Part shown: piece after piece, positions 15,451 to 28,786 of the stretch | How the letters are laid out: every line of letters starts with the position of its first letter | Numbering within the stretch: position 1 is the stretch's first letter | Assembly: GCF_009914755.1 (NCBI RefSeq) | Contig: NC_060932.1 | Strand: one strand, 5' to 3' | From: the human T2T-CHM13v2.0 reference genome, Homo sapiens | Length of the DNA stretch: 64,000 nt | Program-made: the position numbers and the translations under genes | Notes under the pieces: model-generated | Databases searched by the model: none | What the model saw: the letters and a program-made list of their open reading frames with translations, nothing else | What the model was told of the DNA's origin: nothing

Positions 15451-17259
15451 TTTCCTGGGTAGCAAACCATCACCCAACCTGATATGATGGACTTGCTCAG
15501 ATGATCTTTTTTTCTTTCAGCTCAGTGTTCTGTAATTTGATGGCGATAGAAGAAATTATGTAAAATAGTCGCTTGTATAATAAACACATATGAAAAGTTT
15601 CACCTGCTGCCTCTTTGCCACAGTGGTTCTTACCCAAATATGCAGCTCCCTCACCCAGCATATGTGAGGATTGAAGATCTGAGAAGGCTACACTGATTCC
15701 TCTACCTCCCCAGGTTGAATTAACTTTATTCTGGCAGAATGATCTAAAGTAAACATAGCTCACAGGAAACACAAATCAGCACTGTGCCTGTCACATGATA
15801 GATGTTTAAATAAATTTTGGTTTCTTAAAGCAAATCCAATTTGGAAAGAACATTCACCCTATATAACACTCCAGAACCAAGCAGTCACCACCTCATTACT
15901 CATATCACTAAGTGCTCATAAAGGATATGTTCCAAAAGTTGATGTTTGTAGATATGGGGAACTTGTCAGGGATTGTGACAATAATCAAGATGATTAGTGC
16001 ATTGGGAGTGAGAAAAGAACTAAGACAATGCCTAGTGGTGACTTAAAGAGTCTTCATATATTTGTTATGTGATAAGAGGATGATGAAGGGTTTCTTTCAT
16101 CTCCACTGTGAAAAAAAAAACTCAGCAGAGAAATTGCAATATGAAAAATGCTGCAATTTAAGAGAGATCCTTCTATTAGGGAAAGTTATTAAAAACTCCA
16201 TTTGATAAATGTTGATAATGAAATTTTCTTCTTGAATGATTTGCAAAAACTTGACGCCCATGTACCTATGTACCTCAAAAGGGTGTTCTGTGGCATGGCC
16301 CAGAGGCAAGTGACTTCCACTTATGTTCTCTAAAGTCACTTCCATCTCTGTGAATCAAAAACACCCAAAACATACTTTTAAGATCACCTAAAAGGCTTTG
16401 ATCAACTCCACTGTCTGCTCCAAGGGTTTTCTCAGCACCCCTGTTCACTGCTGACCTAGCAGTGGATAGCTGAATATAGCATAAACTACAAGCTATTCTC
16501 TACAGAAAGCAATAGAACAAGCTTCTGCTTTGACAGATTATGCATATTATCATGTCAGATGAATATGGAATGCCTTTCAACCATGAAGGAAGCAAAAATC
16601 TAAAAATCAAACTAAGACTGAATTGAAATCATTGTGCATGAAACAATTTAAGAGGTCAGTATCTGTACTCTTCACCAGTATGCAAATATTTCAGCATTTA
16701 TCCAGTCTGCCTCTGTCAATCTACTTGATTTCTTTTAATAAGCCCGTTATATTGAATTCCATTGAATCCAATGATGCCATATCACTACCCAGCAACAGCT
16801 TGGAGAAAAAGCCAACCTTCTGTGCGAAATTGTTAGAGAGGGGAATGAATGCTGGCTTTGACTTTCATTAAGCCTCTTTTATCACAGTGAAGTAGAAAGC
16901 CAGGTTTTGTGAGGAAGCCACTTTAATAAGGGGATCAGAAGAATCCTTAGCATATTCCCAGGTACATGTATGTGAACAGGTAGCTTTGAACTCCATATGC
17001 AGAGTTTCCAGCCAACAGCTCATTCCTAGGTAATACTGCAGAATTGTACAGGAAGCCTTAATTCTCATGTTTGAGTGTGTCACTGCTCATAACCACAAAG
17101 TGCACCTTTCAAGTGTCCACAGTCAAATTGTATGGGAATGTGTATAGGGGAAGTGGGGTTGGGATAGGGGTAAGGTGGTTCACATATGGATTTGGTCTCT
17201 CATGTTTTGTTTCTTTCTTTTTAAAGTAATGATATCAAGCTAAAAAAAAGCCCACTGAT

Positions 17260-17505
17260 TACATCAATCAGTTTAATTCACTTTACTATCACTGATTGAT
17301 TGCCTACACTGTGCACAACAGGCACAGCCTAAGTGCTAGAGATATAAAGATAAATGATACTTGAGATTTGACCCTTAGCAGCCAATGATCTAGGAGGGGA
17401 GATCTACATAGAAAGGGTAGATGCAAAACAATATTTATCCCCAAGGAAATTTTATGCGGGAGGGGGAATGGTTAACTCTCGCTTAGCGAGGAAAGGCTTC
17501 CCTGA
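17260..17505 (-). mobile_element. L2 fragment
   Basis: TTGATTGCCTACACTGTGCACAACAGGCACAG...GGAAAGGCTTCCCTGAG. Confidence 0.55.
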
Positions 17506-17519
17506 GAAATAACAATTGA

Positions 17520-18632
17520 GCTACTTTGAAAAGATGACACAATTTATCAAAAGCAGAATAAATATAACTATATTGGAAGATACTTTGGCAGTTTCTTACA
17601 AAACTAAGCATACTTTTACCATGAGATCTAGCAATCGAGCTCCTTGGTATTTACCCAAAGAAGCTAAAAAGTTTTGTTCACACAAAAACTTACACACCGA
17701 TATTTATAGCAGCCTTTTTTTTTTTTAAGACGGAGTCTTGCTCTTTCACCCAGTGGGGAGTGCAGTGGCACTATCTCGGCTCACTGCAAGCTCCGCCTCC
17801 TGAGTTCACGCCATTCTCCTGCCTCAGCCTCCTGAGTAGCTGGGACTATAGGCGCCCGCCACCACGCCTGGCTAATTTTTTTGTATTTTTAGTAGAGACG
17901 GGGTTTCACCGTGTTAGCCAGGTTGGTCTCGATCTCCTGACCTTGTGATCCGCCCCCTTCGGCCTCCCAAAGTGTTGGGATTACAGGCGTGAGCCACCGC
18001 GCCCGGCCTATAGCAGCTTTATTCATAATTACCAAAACTTGATAAAGAACAAAGATGTCCTCCGTAGGTGAATGGATGAACTCTGGGACATCCATACCAT
18101 GGATTATTTAATGCTAAAAAGAAATGAGCTATGGCATCATGAAATGACATGGAGGAGCATTAAATGCATGTTATGAAATGAAGGAAGTCAAACTGAAAAG
18201 GCTACATGCTATATAATTCCAATTATATGGCTTTTTGGGAAAGGCAAAACTATGGAGACAGTACACAGATCAAGGGTTGCGGGAGGGGAGACACGAATAG
18301 GCAAAGACAGAGGATTTTTAGAACAGTAGAACTACTCTGTATGACATTGGAATGATGGACATATTTCAGCATACATTTGTCCAAACCCATGGAATGTACA
18401 ACACCAAGAGTGAATCCTAATGTAAACGATAGGCTTCGAGTGACTATATCAGTGTAGATTCATCAATTGTAACACATGTAACACACTGGTAGGGAATGCT
18501 GATAATGGAAAAGGCTGTGTGAGGGCAGGAACAGGGGCAGGGAGCATTTGGGAAATCTCTGTACCTTCCTCTCAATTTTGCTGTGAACCTAAAACTGCTC
18601 TTAAAATATTAAGTCTTTAAGGGGAAAAAAAA
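17520..18632 (+). mobile_element. L1MC1-like 3' fragment split by AluY
   Basis: 3' end GTCCAAACCCATGGAATGTACAACACCAAGAGTGAA...GCTGTGAACCTAAAACTGCTC plus A-tail. Confidence 0.85.
17714..18008 (-). mobile_element. AluY
   Basis: Diagnostic GCAAGCTCCGCCTCC, TTCACGCCATTCTCC, GTGTTAGCCAGG; many CpGs retained; TSD TATAGCAGC (17705-17713 / 18009-18017). Confidence 0.96.
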
Positions 18633-20005
18633 GCAGCACAAGAAAACGGGTATCCCCAGCATGGAGGCTGATTGGCTTGGCCGTTCTACAGAAGACAAAG
18701 TTGAAGCTCATGACTCCCTAATCTCATGTTTGCCATAGTTCTCGTATAAAGTGAGTGAACGGATAGGAAGCAGAGGCTTAAGCAGAGCAGGTGTCTTGAC
18801 AGCTCTCGGTGAGGACCCTAAGAGACCTGCAGCAGCCAGGGCTCCACCATTATGCCTAAAGCTATCGAGATGCTTTCAGTGGTGGTTATCTGGGTCTGGC
18901 CTGGGGACATGTGATACACAGGTCAGGAGTCATCCGTGTTGGGTTTCAATATCTTACCACAACTGCCATCGAGGGAGGTATAAGTCTCACCATAACTGCC
19001 ATGGAGTCTCCACCGGGATCTACTCCATCACCACCCCCACTCACTGACAGCACCACCAATGAAAGGAAAGAGTAAAGACTGCTCTTATCATCAGAACCCA
19101 GAACCCAGTGGTCAGCAGCAGTGGCTCTGAAAAGGATACCTACACATCAGCTTACAGTAGGGGCAGCAGTAACACCAGGAGAAGAGGGTTAGCAAAAGCA
19201 GATTTACCCCTCAGGAAGAAAAATAGCATGGCATAAACATATACAGCTATCAAAGAGATATGGAATTTCAGAGAACAACATAGTGAGCAACTAAATTGAA
19301 GTTTGTCAAAATCATGACTGGTGTATTTCCATCCAAATGGTTAGCAACTGAGTACCGGGAAGATTAAGCTCCATGTAGCAGTAATTCTTCACATAAAAAT
19401 AATTAGAGCAAGGCAGTTTATCAAAGAAGGACAGCAGCTGGAATTCCAGAACTGACTTCTACAGCAAAGGTAGAGCTAGATCTGATTATGTTAGAAATTT
19501 CCATGAGGATGATGCCTATGACTGCAGTTAAGAAAGACTTGATGAGAAAAGCTGACCTGAGATTCCCCCATAACTTTCAGCAAATCTTTTTCTAAGGCTT
19601 CCAAAGGAAAACTTGTTTTCTTTGGTATCTTAACTTGTCTGATTGCCTTTGCTGGAGGCTAATTTTTCTTCACAAAAATTGCTACATGCTAGGTGGCCAC
19701 TGCTGATTGAGTGGCTGCTATTGCAACTAGGTACTAGAAGACAGCCAAGGCCAATCCCTATTTCAGGGTAGCCCTGCAGCGAGCTCTGCAGGTACTTTCA
19801 CTGCCTGCTTTCTGTCTCTGACAATCCGGGTACACAGGAAACCCACCTCTGATGATCAGGCTGTAGGACAGATGCAGAGGTGGTCACGTCTCTCTGCACT
19901 TTCCTGAGAACAGCTGTTTTGCATTAGTACCCCTATATGTAAGTTGATGTCAGGCCATTTTGCATTTATAGCATCAACATTAAGTACCAGCTAGTAGGAC
20001 AAATC

Positions 20006-20008
<3 letters not shown>

Positions 20009-20048
<40 letters not shown>
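20009..20048. repeat. (GT)20 microsatellite
   Basis: Perfect dinucleotide run. Confidence 0.98.
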
Positions 20049-20050
<2 letters not shown>

Positions 20051-20820
20051 GAGTTGGGAAGGTGGAGTAATGTGCTTTCAAACCTTGATTTAAAAACCAG
20101 CAATCACCAGCCATGTGTTAGTAAACTGCAGCTGGAGGCACCTAAAGAGGAATAGAATAACTCTGTCTTGATACTGTTTTCATTTGTCCTTAATTAGCCT
20201 TCACATCTTATATTTATCCAGATAGAGCACGCACTGAGCTATGTCAAATTCTGCATGCTGTTTCTCTTCTGTGGCATGTGACTATAAGGTGACTGTGATC
20301 CGCTCCTATCAGTGGCTGTCTCACTGTTCCCACTACTAAGGGTGGAGCCCCGTTCCCTGAGGCTTACCATCAGTCCCTGGAAATGGAAAGGACTTCATGA
20401 GGCGTTAACTTTCCTGGGCTGTCTCAAGAGCACTGCAGCTGTAAAGCACTCAGCACCTTCTTAGTTGTCCCGAAGGAGAGATGGGCTTCCTTGTGTGCCT
20501 GCCTTACTTAGCACCAATGCAGTGGCACTCAGGACTCGTTGCTTTCTCTAGCTTTGGACCTCTTTCCCTTTGTCACTGACATTAATAACTTTTTGATGCA
20601 TCATAAGAATGGTTGTACCATGTCATGGACTACTGTAAGAACACATCCTGATATATACTTATTTGACTATGTAGCAGTGAAATGGCTGTGTGTATATAGC
20701 TTACGCAGTTCAGACTTATCACCGTAGTATCCAGTTAGTGCACCTCTGTTTTTATTAGGACGGAATGATGCCAAGAGTGCAACTGGCAACATGCAAGAGG
20801 GTTTGCTGTGACCAGTGGCC

Positions 20821-20867
20821 AGTCACGTGTCAAAGGAAACACAGATCATTTCCTTTGACATGTGACT
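20821..20867. repeat. 19-bp inverted repeat with 9-nt spacer
   Basis: AGTCACGTGTCAAAGGAAA-CACAGATCA-TTTCCTTTGACATGTGACT; one mismatch (G-U in RNA). Confidence 0.95.
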
Positions 20868-21503
20868 TCACTCTCTGCCCCTAAAATTTGTGGAGCCTGA
20901 TTCTCATGCTTCCTTGTGAAGCACATAAAGCCTTTTTCCAAAATCAGAAAGCCCATATCTGAACAGTGTCCTCCAGGGAGAATATCAATTCCTGACTTTC
21001 TCAGAACTTTGCTGGGTATTTGCCATTGATTTCAATGGCAAGAAAATAGATTTATGCAGTGATGTGGAGATATAGTCCACCACCACCCCTGAAAAAAAAA
21101 ATCAACAACATAAAAAAAGTCATTTTGCCCTGTTTCCAAGAGAAAGTATCCTCTGATTTTAAAATTAAAGCCAATGATATAAACCAAATTTTATGTTAAA
21201 TACACATATTTTGCACTTAATATTGACATCAAAAAAATTTATAATCCCCATATTATGATAAGTTCTGGGAAGAAACAATATACAGGAAAGATTACACAAT
21301 ACGCAGGAAAAAAGCACACACACACACACACACACAAGTGATTAGAAAAGCAATAGAAAAAGAAACATTTACAGTTCTATCAGAAGAAACACTTGATTCC
21401 ATTCTGCCTTGAGGGCAGTTACCCTTAAGTAACTACTAACATATCTACAAACGTCTGCAAACAGAGAGAGAGAAAAAGAGAAAGAAAGAGGGAGATGATC
21501 TCA

Positions 21504-21869
<366 letters not shown>

Positions 21870-23088
21870 AAAAGTGGGTCAACGAGACATTTTGTGTCCA
21901 CAGATGTGCTACAATAAGAAGTGCACAGCACCACCTATAGAATGCCTTGCCATAAAGTCAAGCCTGACCTTGGACTGATACTATAGAAATACAAGAATAG
22001 TTAAATCTCACCACAAGGAAGCAATCAGCCAAATCTAGCATGTGAGAAATAGTATAAAGCAAATAAAAAAAGAAGAAGAAGAAGAAAGGAAGGGAAACTG
22101 TTATTGATTTAAAGAGACACAATAGTCAAACACATTGTGTATATGTGGTTTGCTTGGTTTTAAAACTTTTTTTAAAACAGAACTAGATTATATTTCAAAA
22201 CACAACTTCTGTATAACCAAAAAATAAAACACCACAATAAAATGAATGAGAAAAAAACATATTTGCAATTCTTGACAAAATGTTAACATCTTTAGTCATA
22301 AATGAACTCTTCAGAAATCAGTACTAACAGACTCACATTACAAGGGAAGTGAAAACAAAAGGAAAAGAGGAAAATGGAATAGCACAAATGAGTTATAAGG
22401 CTATATGATCTTCATCTTGATATGGTTAACATTACTAGATGAGAAAGAAATTTCATTATAAATTACATTATCGATGCTTACAAATATTGATATCTGATGT
22501 TTGTACAGCTTTAGGAAATGAAGAATTCTCAAATACTGGGGCAAGTTACTCTAGTCATGGGGAGTTTACCCAAAAATGTAGATTTTTGCATAAATTTGGC
22601 CCAGGCAGTTCTCAACGATAGGAATCACTCCAACAAATAGTTGGATACACACCCACACACATGCACATACATGTTTACTACATAGAAAATGTGTAAGTAA
22701 TCTATTATCCCCCAAGAAACTACTTATGTATCCACTGGTTTATGAAATAATAGACTGGGGGTAGAAATAGAAAGAAAAAAGACACTTAAGTAAAAATACT
22801 ACATTTCACAAAATTCTGTGTCCTTTGAATTCTTATGAAAGATTTTTAATTAATCAGTTTTATATTTACCTTGTTATTAGTGAAAATTATAAATATATGC
22901 ACTTCATAGTGATGCTGCCAGACATATAAGGCATAATTTCAACAAACCAATTGTAATGAGATATTTCCAGATGATTGGAGCAAGTGATTATGGGCTGAGT
23001 ATTAAATGATATTAAGAAATTTTTGTCAATTTTGATAGGTATGCTAATGAATAGGTAAAAAGAAGAAAAGAAATTCTTACCAATTGAG

Positions 23089-23281
23089 CAGGTTCTTTCA
23101 ACCTCTACACTTTTGACTTTGGACAAGGTAATTCTTTGCAGTGGGTCTGTGCCACTGTGGGATATTTAACAGCATTGTTGGCCTGTACCGCCTAGATGCC
23201 AGTAACACCATTCCCTACCAAACTGTGACAACCATTACTGTCTCCAGATACTGGCAAGTGTCGACTGGTTAAGAATCACTG
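23089..23281. mobile_element. MER20 (hAT-Charlie)
   Basis: GGCCTGTACCGCCTAGATGCCAGTAACACC...TGTCTCCAGATACTGGCAAGTGTC...GTTAAGAATCACTG. Confidence 0.85.
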
Positions 23282-23413
23282 AGTTAGAGACGCATGGAGA
23301 TATGAATGAAAGGATATAATAGTTGAGATTTGATTTTAAATACTCTAGCCAAAAAAGGCTGTGGGGGGTGCTAGTTGATAGGTGAAACTTTAATAGCATA
23401 ACTTTTATTTTAG

Positions 23414-23771
<358 letters not shown>

Positions 23772-24390
23772 CTGTTTGATTTTTTAAAATTCAATCTGTT
23801 AATAAAACCTAACACAGGTTTGCCAATAGGTTTTCCTTTGAATGCCCTCTTTCAGAGTTGCCTCACTGTCTTCTGCAAAAACTCCCCACAGACATGTTTC
23901 CCAGCTCCTGAAGTAACACTTCCAGAATTCCTACCTGACATCATAAGAACAGGCTCAGCCTGTTTCACTGCTTCACCAATCCATGTTGCTAAAGCCCAGA
24001 AGCAGAAAATATTAGCTAGAGGCAGAGCTGGTGTTAAAGATAAATGTAATGGATACCTACAAGTTCCCCCAAACCCTCACTGACACTACTGCTAACAAAG
24101 AAAAACACCTTCTCCTGTTGCCTTATCCTCACTCTTGAAGGGATTCATGTATCGGATGGATAAATAAACCTTGAAAATTCCTTCTAACGTAAAGATTGCA
24201 TAAAGCTATAAAATTCCACCATTATAATCCCATCCCTTTCTCTTTTAGTTTAAATCCCTGTTAACATGCCAAGGAGTAGAAAGGGTAGACATTGAGATTC
24301 AGAATGTAGAGAATAGATGAGCAGAGGAAATGTGATGGGGCACAGGGAGAGGCCTGGAGGATTCCCACTCCTGGGGCGTGCAGGAGGGAG

Positions 24391-24447
24391 TTGTTCTCTA
24401 GATGAGTTCTAGGCGCTTGGGTGGGTATTTTTTTAGTCGTTTTCTTC
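24391..24447 (+). repeat. Copy 1 of a 57-bp dispersed direct repeat (copy 2 at 26114-26170)
   Basis: 56/57 identity by eye; both appear as KKTTKKIPTQAPRTHLENN in the minus-strand ORF track. Confidence 0.97.
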
Positions 24448-25058
24448 ATGCTGTACAGCAAGAAGAGTGGCAACCAAAAAGTAAAACTTTTGGGAAATTT
24501 TTCAGCCATTCCAAATTATAACCAAAGAGTTCACTCCAAGGCACAAAGTCATCAAACTGAAGTAGAGGAAAAGAAGTTGCTGGATGTGGTTATGAAGTGA
24601 GTGTGAAACGCAGTCTGTTGGAATGATGCTTATAATTTAGTTGAAGGAAGAAAACTTGCATGCCTGGGTAAAGTAATTAATCATGAGGCCTGGATGCCAC
24701 CAGCTGACATGGGGAAGAGCTGATAGCCTGAGAGTTGCTCTTAGCAGGATGAGAAAGCAAAATGGCTGAGGGAGAACTGGAAGTCTTCTTCACAGTAGAG
24801 AAGAAATTTCAGCCAACATTCAAAGTTGAGTAGGGTTTGGATTAGCTAAGACTTTTCATAGGAGAGAAACTGTGAGAGCAAAAGTGTTCAACAGATGTTT
24901 ATGAAGTATCATCTATGTAGTAGGTACTGTGTTGAGGTTGACATTGTGCAAAGATGCAGAAACTGATGCCCTAACATTCCAAAGGCTTACAGCTTAGGAT
25001 AGAATAAGTAGAGTCATTGTCAAAAGTATGGAGACAACAGTGATTGGAGATGGGGATC

Positions 25059-25115
25059 TGTATGAGTCAGGGTTCTCCAGAGAAACAGAACCAGTAGAGA
25101 AAGAGAGAGAGAGAG

Positions 25116-25151
<36 letters not shown>

Positions 25152-25483
25152 TCCCCACACATGCGTGCATCTGGGGGCTGGCAGACTGGAGACCCAAGGA
25201 AGAGATGCAGCTCAAGTCCAAAGACAGTCTGGAGGCAGACTTTCTTCTAACTCAAGAGACCTCAGTCCTTTCTCTTAAGGCCTTATACCGATTGCATGAG
25301 GCCCACCCACATTACAGACGGCAATCTGCTTTACTCAAAGTCTACTGATTTACGTGTTAATCACTTTTCAAAATAAAAAATTTAAAAAAAAAAACACCTT
25401 TACAGCGAGAGGTAAACTGAAGTTTTACCAAACATCTGGACACCATGGCCTGGCCATGCTGACACATAAAAGTAGCCATCACA
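25059..25483 (-). mobile_element. MLT2 (ERVL) solo LTR with internal (GA)n(GT)n
   Basis: TGTATGAGTCAGGGTTCTCCAGAGAAACAGAACC...GACACATAAAAGTAGCCATCACA; flanks GGATC/GGATG. Confidence 0.88.
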
Positions 25484-25926
25484 GGATGGGATGTGTGTAA
25501 GGAACATAAGTCAATGATTGGGTGTTATGAAAGCAAGAGCAGGATGATCTTGAGCACTTAACTACCCAGCATACTGTAGAAAGAACAGGCTATGTGAATA
25601 TCTCATAGTTTGCGCACACAACACTACCCTGTTATCTTTACCCTTAAGAAAAGCAATAGTGACTACTCCATATCACACAACAATTACTGTGTGGTTGGCA
25701 CTTCTCTCCCAGGAAATCATCCTGAACTCTGATGATGATGCCCGATTACCATGCCCTAATCTGAAAAGCAGGAAGGCCCAAGTCTTTAACTTTCTTATTG
25801 CTACAGTCAGACAGCACCAGGTGCACCCAGGAGCTATTTTGCATTTCAAAAGGCCTCAATGAATATAAAAGATATTTAGCTGTCAGCTTTGAAGTTCTTG
25901 AAAGCAATTCGTATTTTCTGTTTTAG

Positions 25927-25980
25927 GTCGAAATAAGTAATGACATTGAACCAGAAATGCGGCTGCTGAACTTGACTTAG
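25927..25980 (+). CDS. Candidate terminal coding exon of an unidentified host gene (VEISNDIEPEMRLLNLT*)
   Basis: Acceptor TATTTTCTGTTTTAG|G; phase-0 frame open to TAG; local CpG enrichment against a depleted background; repeat-free UTR-like sequence follows. Protein not recognised. Confidence 0.5.
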   Translation, partial: VEISNDIEPEMRLLNLT

Positions 25981-26113
25981 GGAGCAAAGGACCATTGACT
26001 GCGCGCCTCGGTGGATCCGACCCGCCTGACATTCCTTCCAGAGGCTAGACTGTGCTTCCTGGCTTTCCCACGAATCATGGAGCATTTTGGTCACAGCCTT
26101 TGTATTATTAGCA

Positions 26114-26170
26114 TTGTTCTCTAGATGAGTTCTAGGTGCTTGGGTGGGTATTTTTTTAGTCGTTTTCTTC
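26114..26170 (+). repeat. Copy 2 of the 57-bp direct repeat, in the putative 3'UTR
   Basis: Differs from copy 1 only by GCG>GTG. Confidence 0.97.
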
Positions 26171-26999
26171 TTATATGAACACTTGTAAGTTGTAAAAAAA
26201 AAAAAAAAAGAAAAAACAGAATTTGGTTTTAAATTTTTAACAATATTTAATGTGAGGCATGCAAAATGAAAAAGCAAATCTGTGAAAACCTTCTACAGTC
26301 AATTCTAAGAGAAATCTCAGTGTGTGCTGTGGAGATGTTAAGTCAGCACTGCTGACTGTTGAAGTTATTCTAGGCCTGATGAATTTGTTTTAGCAGACAT
26401 TACCTGTGGTTATCAGCCACCAAGGTAGACCCTGTGACAGCTGATAAATAGGTACAAATAATGGATCCAGCTTTTGGATTGAATATGGGTCATTTTTTCA
26501 ACAGCATAAAACAAAACATGGAGTCCTCCTTTGTTCCTGACTTCTTAAAACCCAGAACGATATTATGGCAATCTAAATTTTCAGATTCGTGCATATCTTG
26601 TTTTTCCTGATATATATATATATGTAGGCACATGGAAGAGTAAAAGGATTAGTAGAACCCCTTTCCCCTTTGGAGGGAATATGGGTGTCTCTGAGGTCCA
26701 TATTTTCTACTCATTATTCCATTCCTGACACTGCTGTCAGACCTAAACATACAGCTCATGGGCTTGTGGGACAGAAATCACAAACATAGACCTGCAGTCA
26801 GGAACTTTTCTCTTAGGATATTCAAAAGAAGCCTGAAAATGCTGTAGCATTCTCTATAAATACTTCTAAAGGAGACATTCACGTGTGAGCAACATCAGCT
26901 TTTCTTTCTCCTACCCCTTCCCAATAACCAAGAAAATGATATGGGAAGCAATTATCTGTGGAAAAAAGGACTGTCTTGAAAACGCATCACAGTTGTATT

Positions 27000-27230
27000 T
27001 TTTTAACTGGCATAAAACTTACATATGGTAAAATGCACAAATATTAATGGTACGATTTGATTAGTTTTGAAAAATGTACATACCCATGTAACCAAGGCCT
27101 CAATCAAAATGCAGAACATTTCCGTCACTTTAAAAAATTCCCTTATGCCCTCTTTCAGGCAATGCCTACATTCTCACAGACAACCACTGTGCTAATTTTC
27201 ATCATCACTGATAATTTGGTCTGTTCTCAA
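27000..27230 (-). mobile_element. L1ME-like 3' end
   Basis: AAAATGCACAAATATTAATGGTACG...ATACCCATGTAACC...AGAACATTTCCGTCAC. Confidence 0.7.
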
Positions 27231-27699
27231 TATAAAATATATACACTTTTCACACCACTTTTGCCCACACTTCTCAATCACTATTTTTTATATGAAAATA
27301 AGTTTTGCTCACTTTGTGTAACGACCACAGTGAAGCTCCCTATAGGCCAGAAAGTTGTGAATATGTGGTTATTAACTCAGCCCATGCATCTCTAAGAAGT
27401 CCGTCTATTAACCACCTAAAACTGTTACAAATATTTGTATGTGTGTGAAAGTCTTTTTTCTTCTTGTTCTTCTTTCGGAGCCTATAGGTTTCATGAGACT
27501 CTGTTAAGAATCAGAGTTTAATGTGACAAAGTTTGCCTTCATTCCTCCAAGCTCATCACAACCACAGTGAGCCATTTGGGGACCTAATTTACTCACTAGC
27601 CTCCAGATTTTACCCCTTTAATCCATTGGTACCCACAAACTCCCATTACTTTTTTTTCTGCTTAATAAATCCAAATTCAAATAAAGAAAAGCTGGCAGG

Positions 27700-28035
27700 G
27701 ACCTTGAAGATGGTGGAATCCAAGCCACTATTCTGCAGATGAGGGGGCTGAAGCCTAAGGGATTTGGTGAACTTGTCCAGAGCCTGTATCTGTACACAGG
27801 GGCAAGAGCCATAGCCAGTGGACAGAGAACATGGGAGCAAAAGTTGGGGTTTGGGTCCCATCCACCACCATGTTCTTGGACAGTGTTTGCCATCTCTGCA
27901 CTACAGTTTTCCTCATCAATGAAGTGGAACTATGATCCCTACCTCCCAAAGGTGAGGTGAGAATTTAACGAAAAATGTAAAAAAATTCTCAGTACACAGT
28001 GAAGCACTCCACAATTAAAGGAGGTGATTATTATT
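27700..28035. mobile_element. Two MIR fragments in opposite orientation
   Basis: GCAGATGAGGGGGCTGAAGCCTAAGG... and CAGTTTTCCTCATCAATGAAGTGG cores. Confidence 0.6.
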
Positions 28036-28528
28036 AATAATGTCAAAACACTCCTCTGTACCCTGTCTGGAGCTCTTGCTTTCCACTCAAGCGCTATGAA
28101 GAGCCCACAGAAACAACAAACTCTGTTTTTTAAAAAGCAGCTGGGAAAACCTTGCCCAAGTTTAAATGATTTGAAATAAACTAAAAAATGCTTTAATTTA
28201 AAAATAACGTTAATATTCAAGTTCCAAAACTAATGCCAATAATTATTGTTAGTATTGTTACGATTATTGAAAAAGCTGATAAAACATCAAAACTGTAGAG
28301 AGTCAGTAAAAAAGGATAAAATGAGTATTGACATATTTTAAACTGTCACTTAATTACCCCCACACATACACATGCAAATAAAACGTGGTCAACAATTCAC
28401 AAAATAGAACCATACTAAATTTTGTTTCTATTTTATCTTCACGTGAATTTGTACATAGTTCTAGTAGGCACTGCAGAGTCTGAACTTAGTCTAAGTGCAG
28501 ATAACAGCTTTGAGGAAAAAATCCTTAC

Positions 28529-28786
28529 CTTAGTGATTTGTCTATGAATATTCAATGTAGGCAACTATTTAATATGGTGTATATGTTTTCATTTTTAATC
28601 TTTCTTCACTTAAATATGAAGTTATAACTGTTTCAATCTCCAACCTCAGCAATCCATAAAGATTGTCCTAACATTCTGGATATTTGCCACTCATCAGAAA
28701 CAAGTTAGATTGATCTGCCACCTCCTGTTCTCTCTTTTCTTCTCCCTGCCTTTCATCTTCCTGGTTTCTCTTTGAGGGCTATGCTT
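28529..28786 (-). ncRNA. Candidate non-coding exon (antisense)
   Basis: Minus-strand acceptor CTTCTTTTTTTCCCTTTGTCTTACAG and donor AAG|GTAAGG; no long ORF; motif-only evidence. Confidence 0.3.

Noticed and set aside
15060-16350. Possible L3/CR1 remnants
   Set aside because: Similarity too weak to define by eye.
25876-26277. 133-aa minus-strand ORF
   Set aside because: Non-ATG start, runs through a homopolymer tract, no recognisable protein; better explained as the antisense of the candidate exon/UTR.
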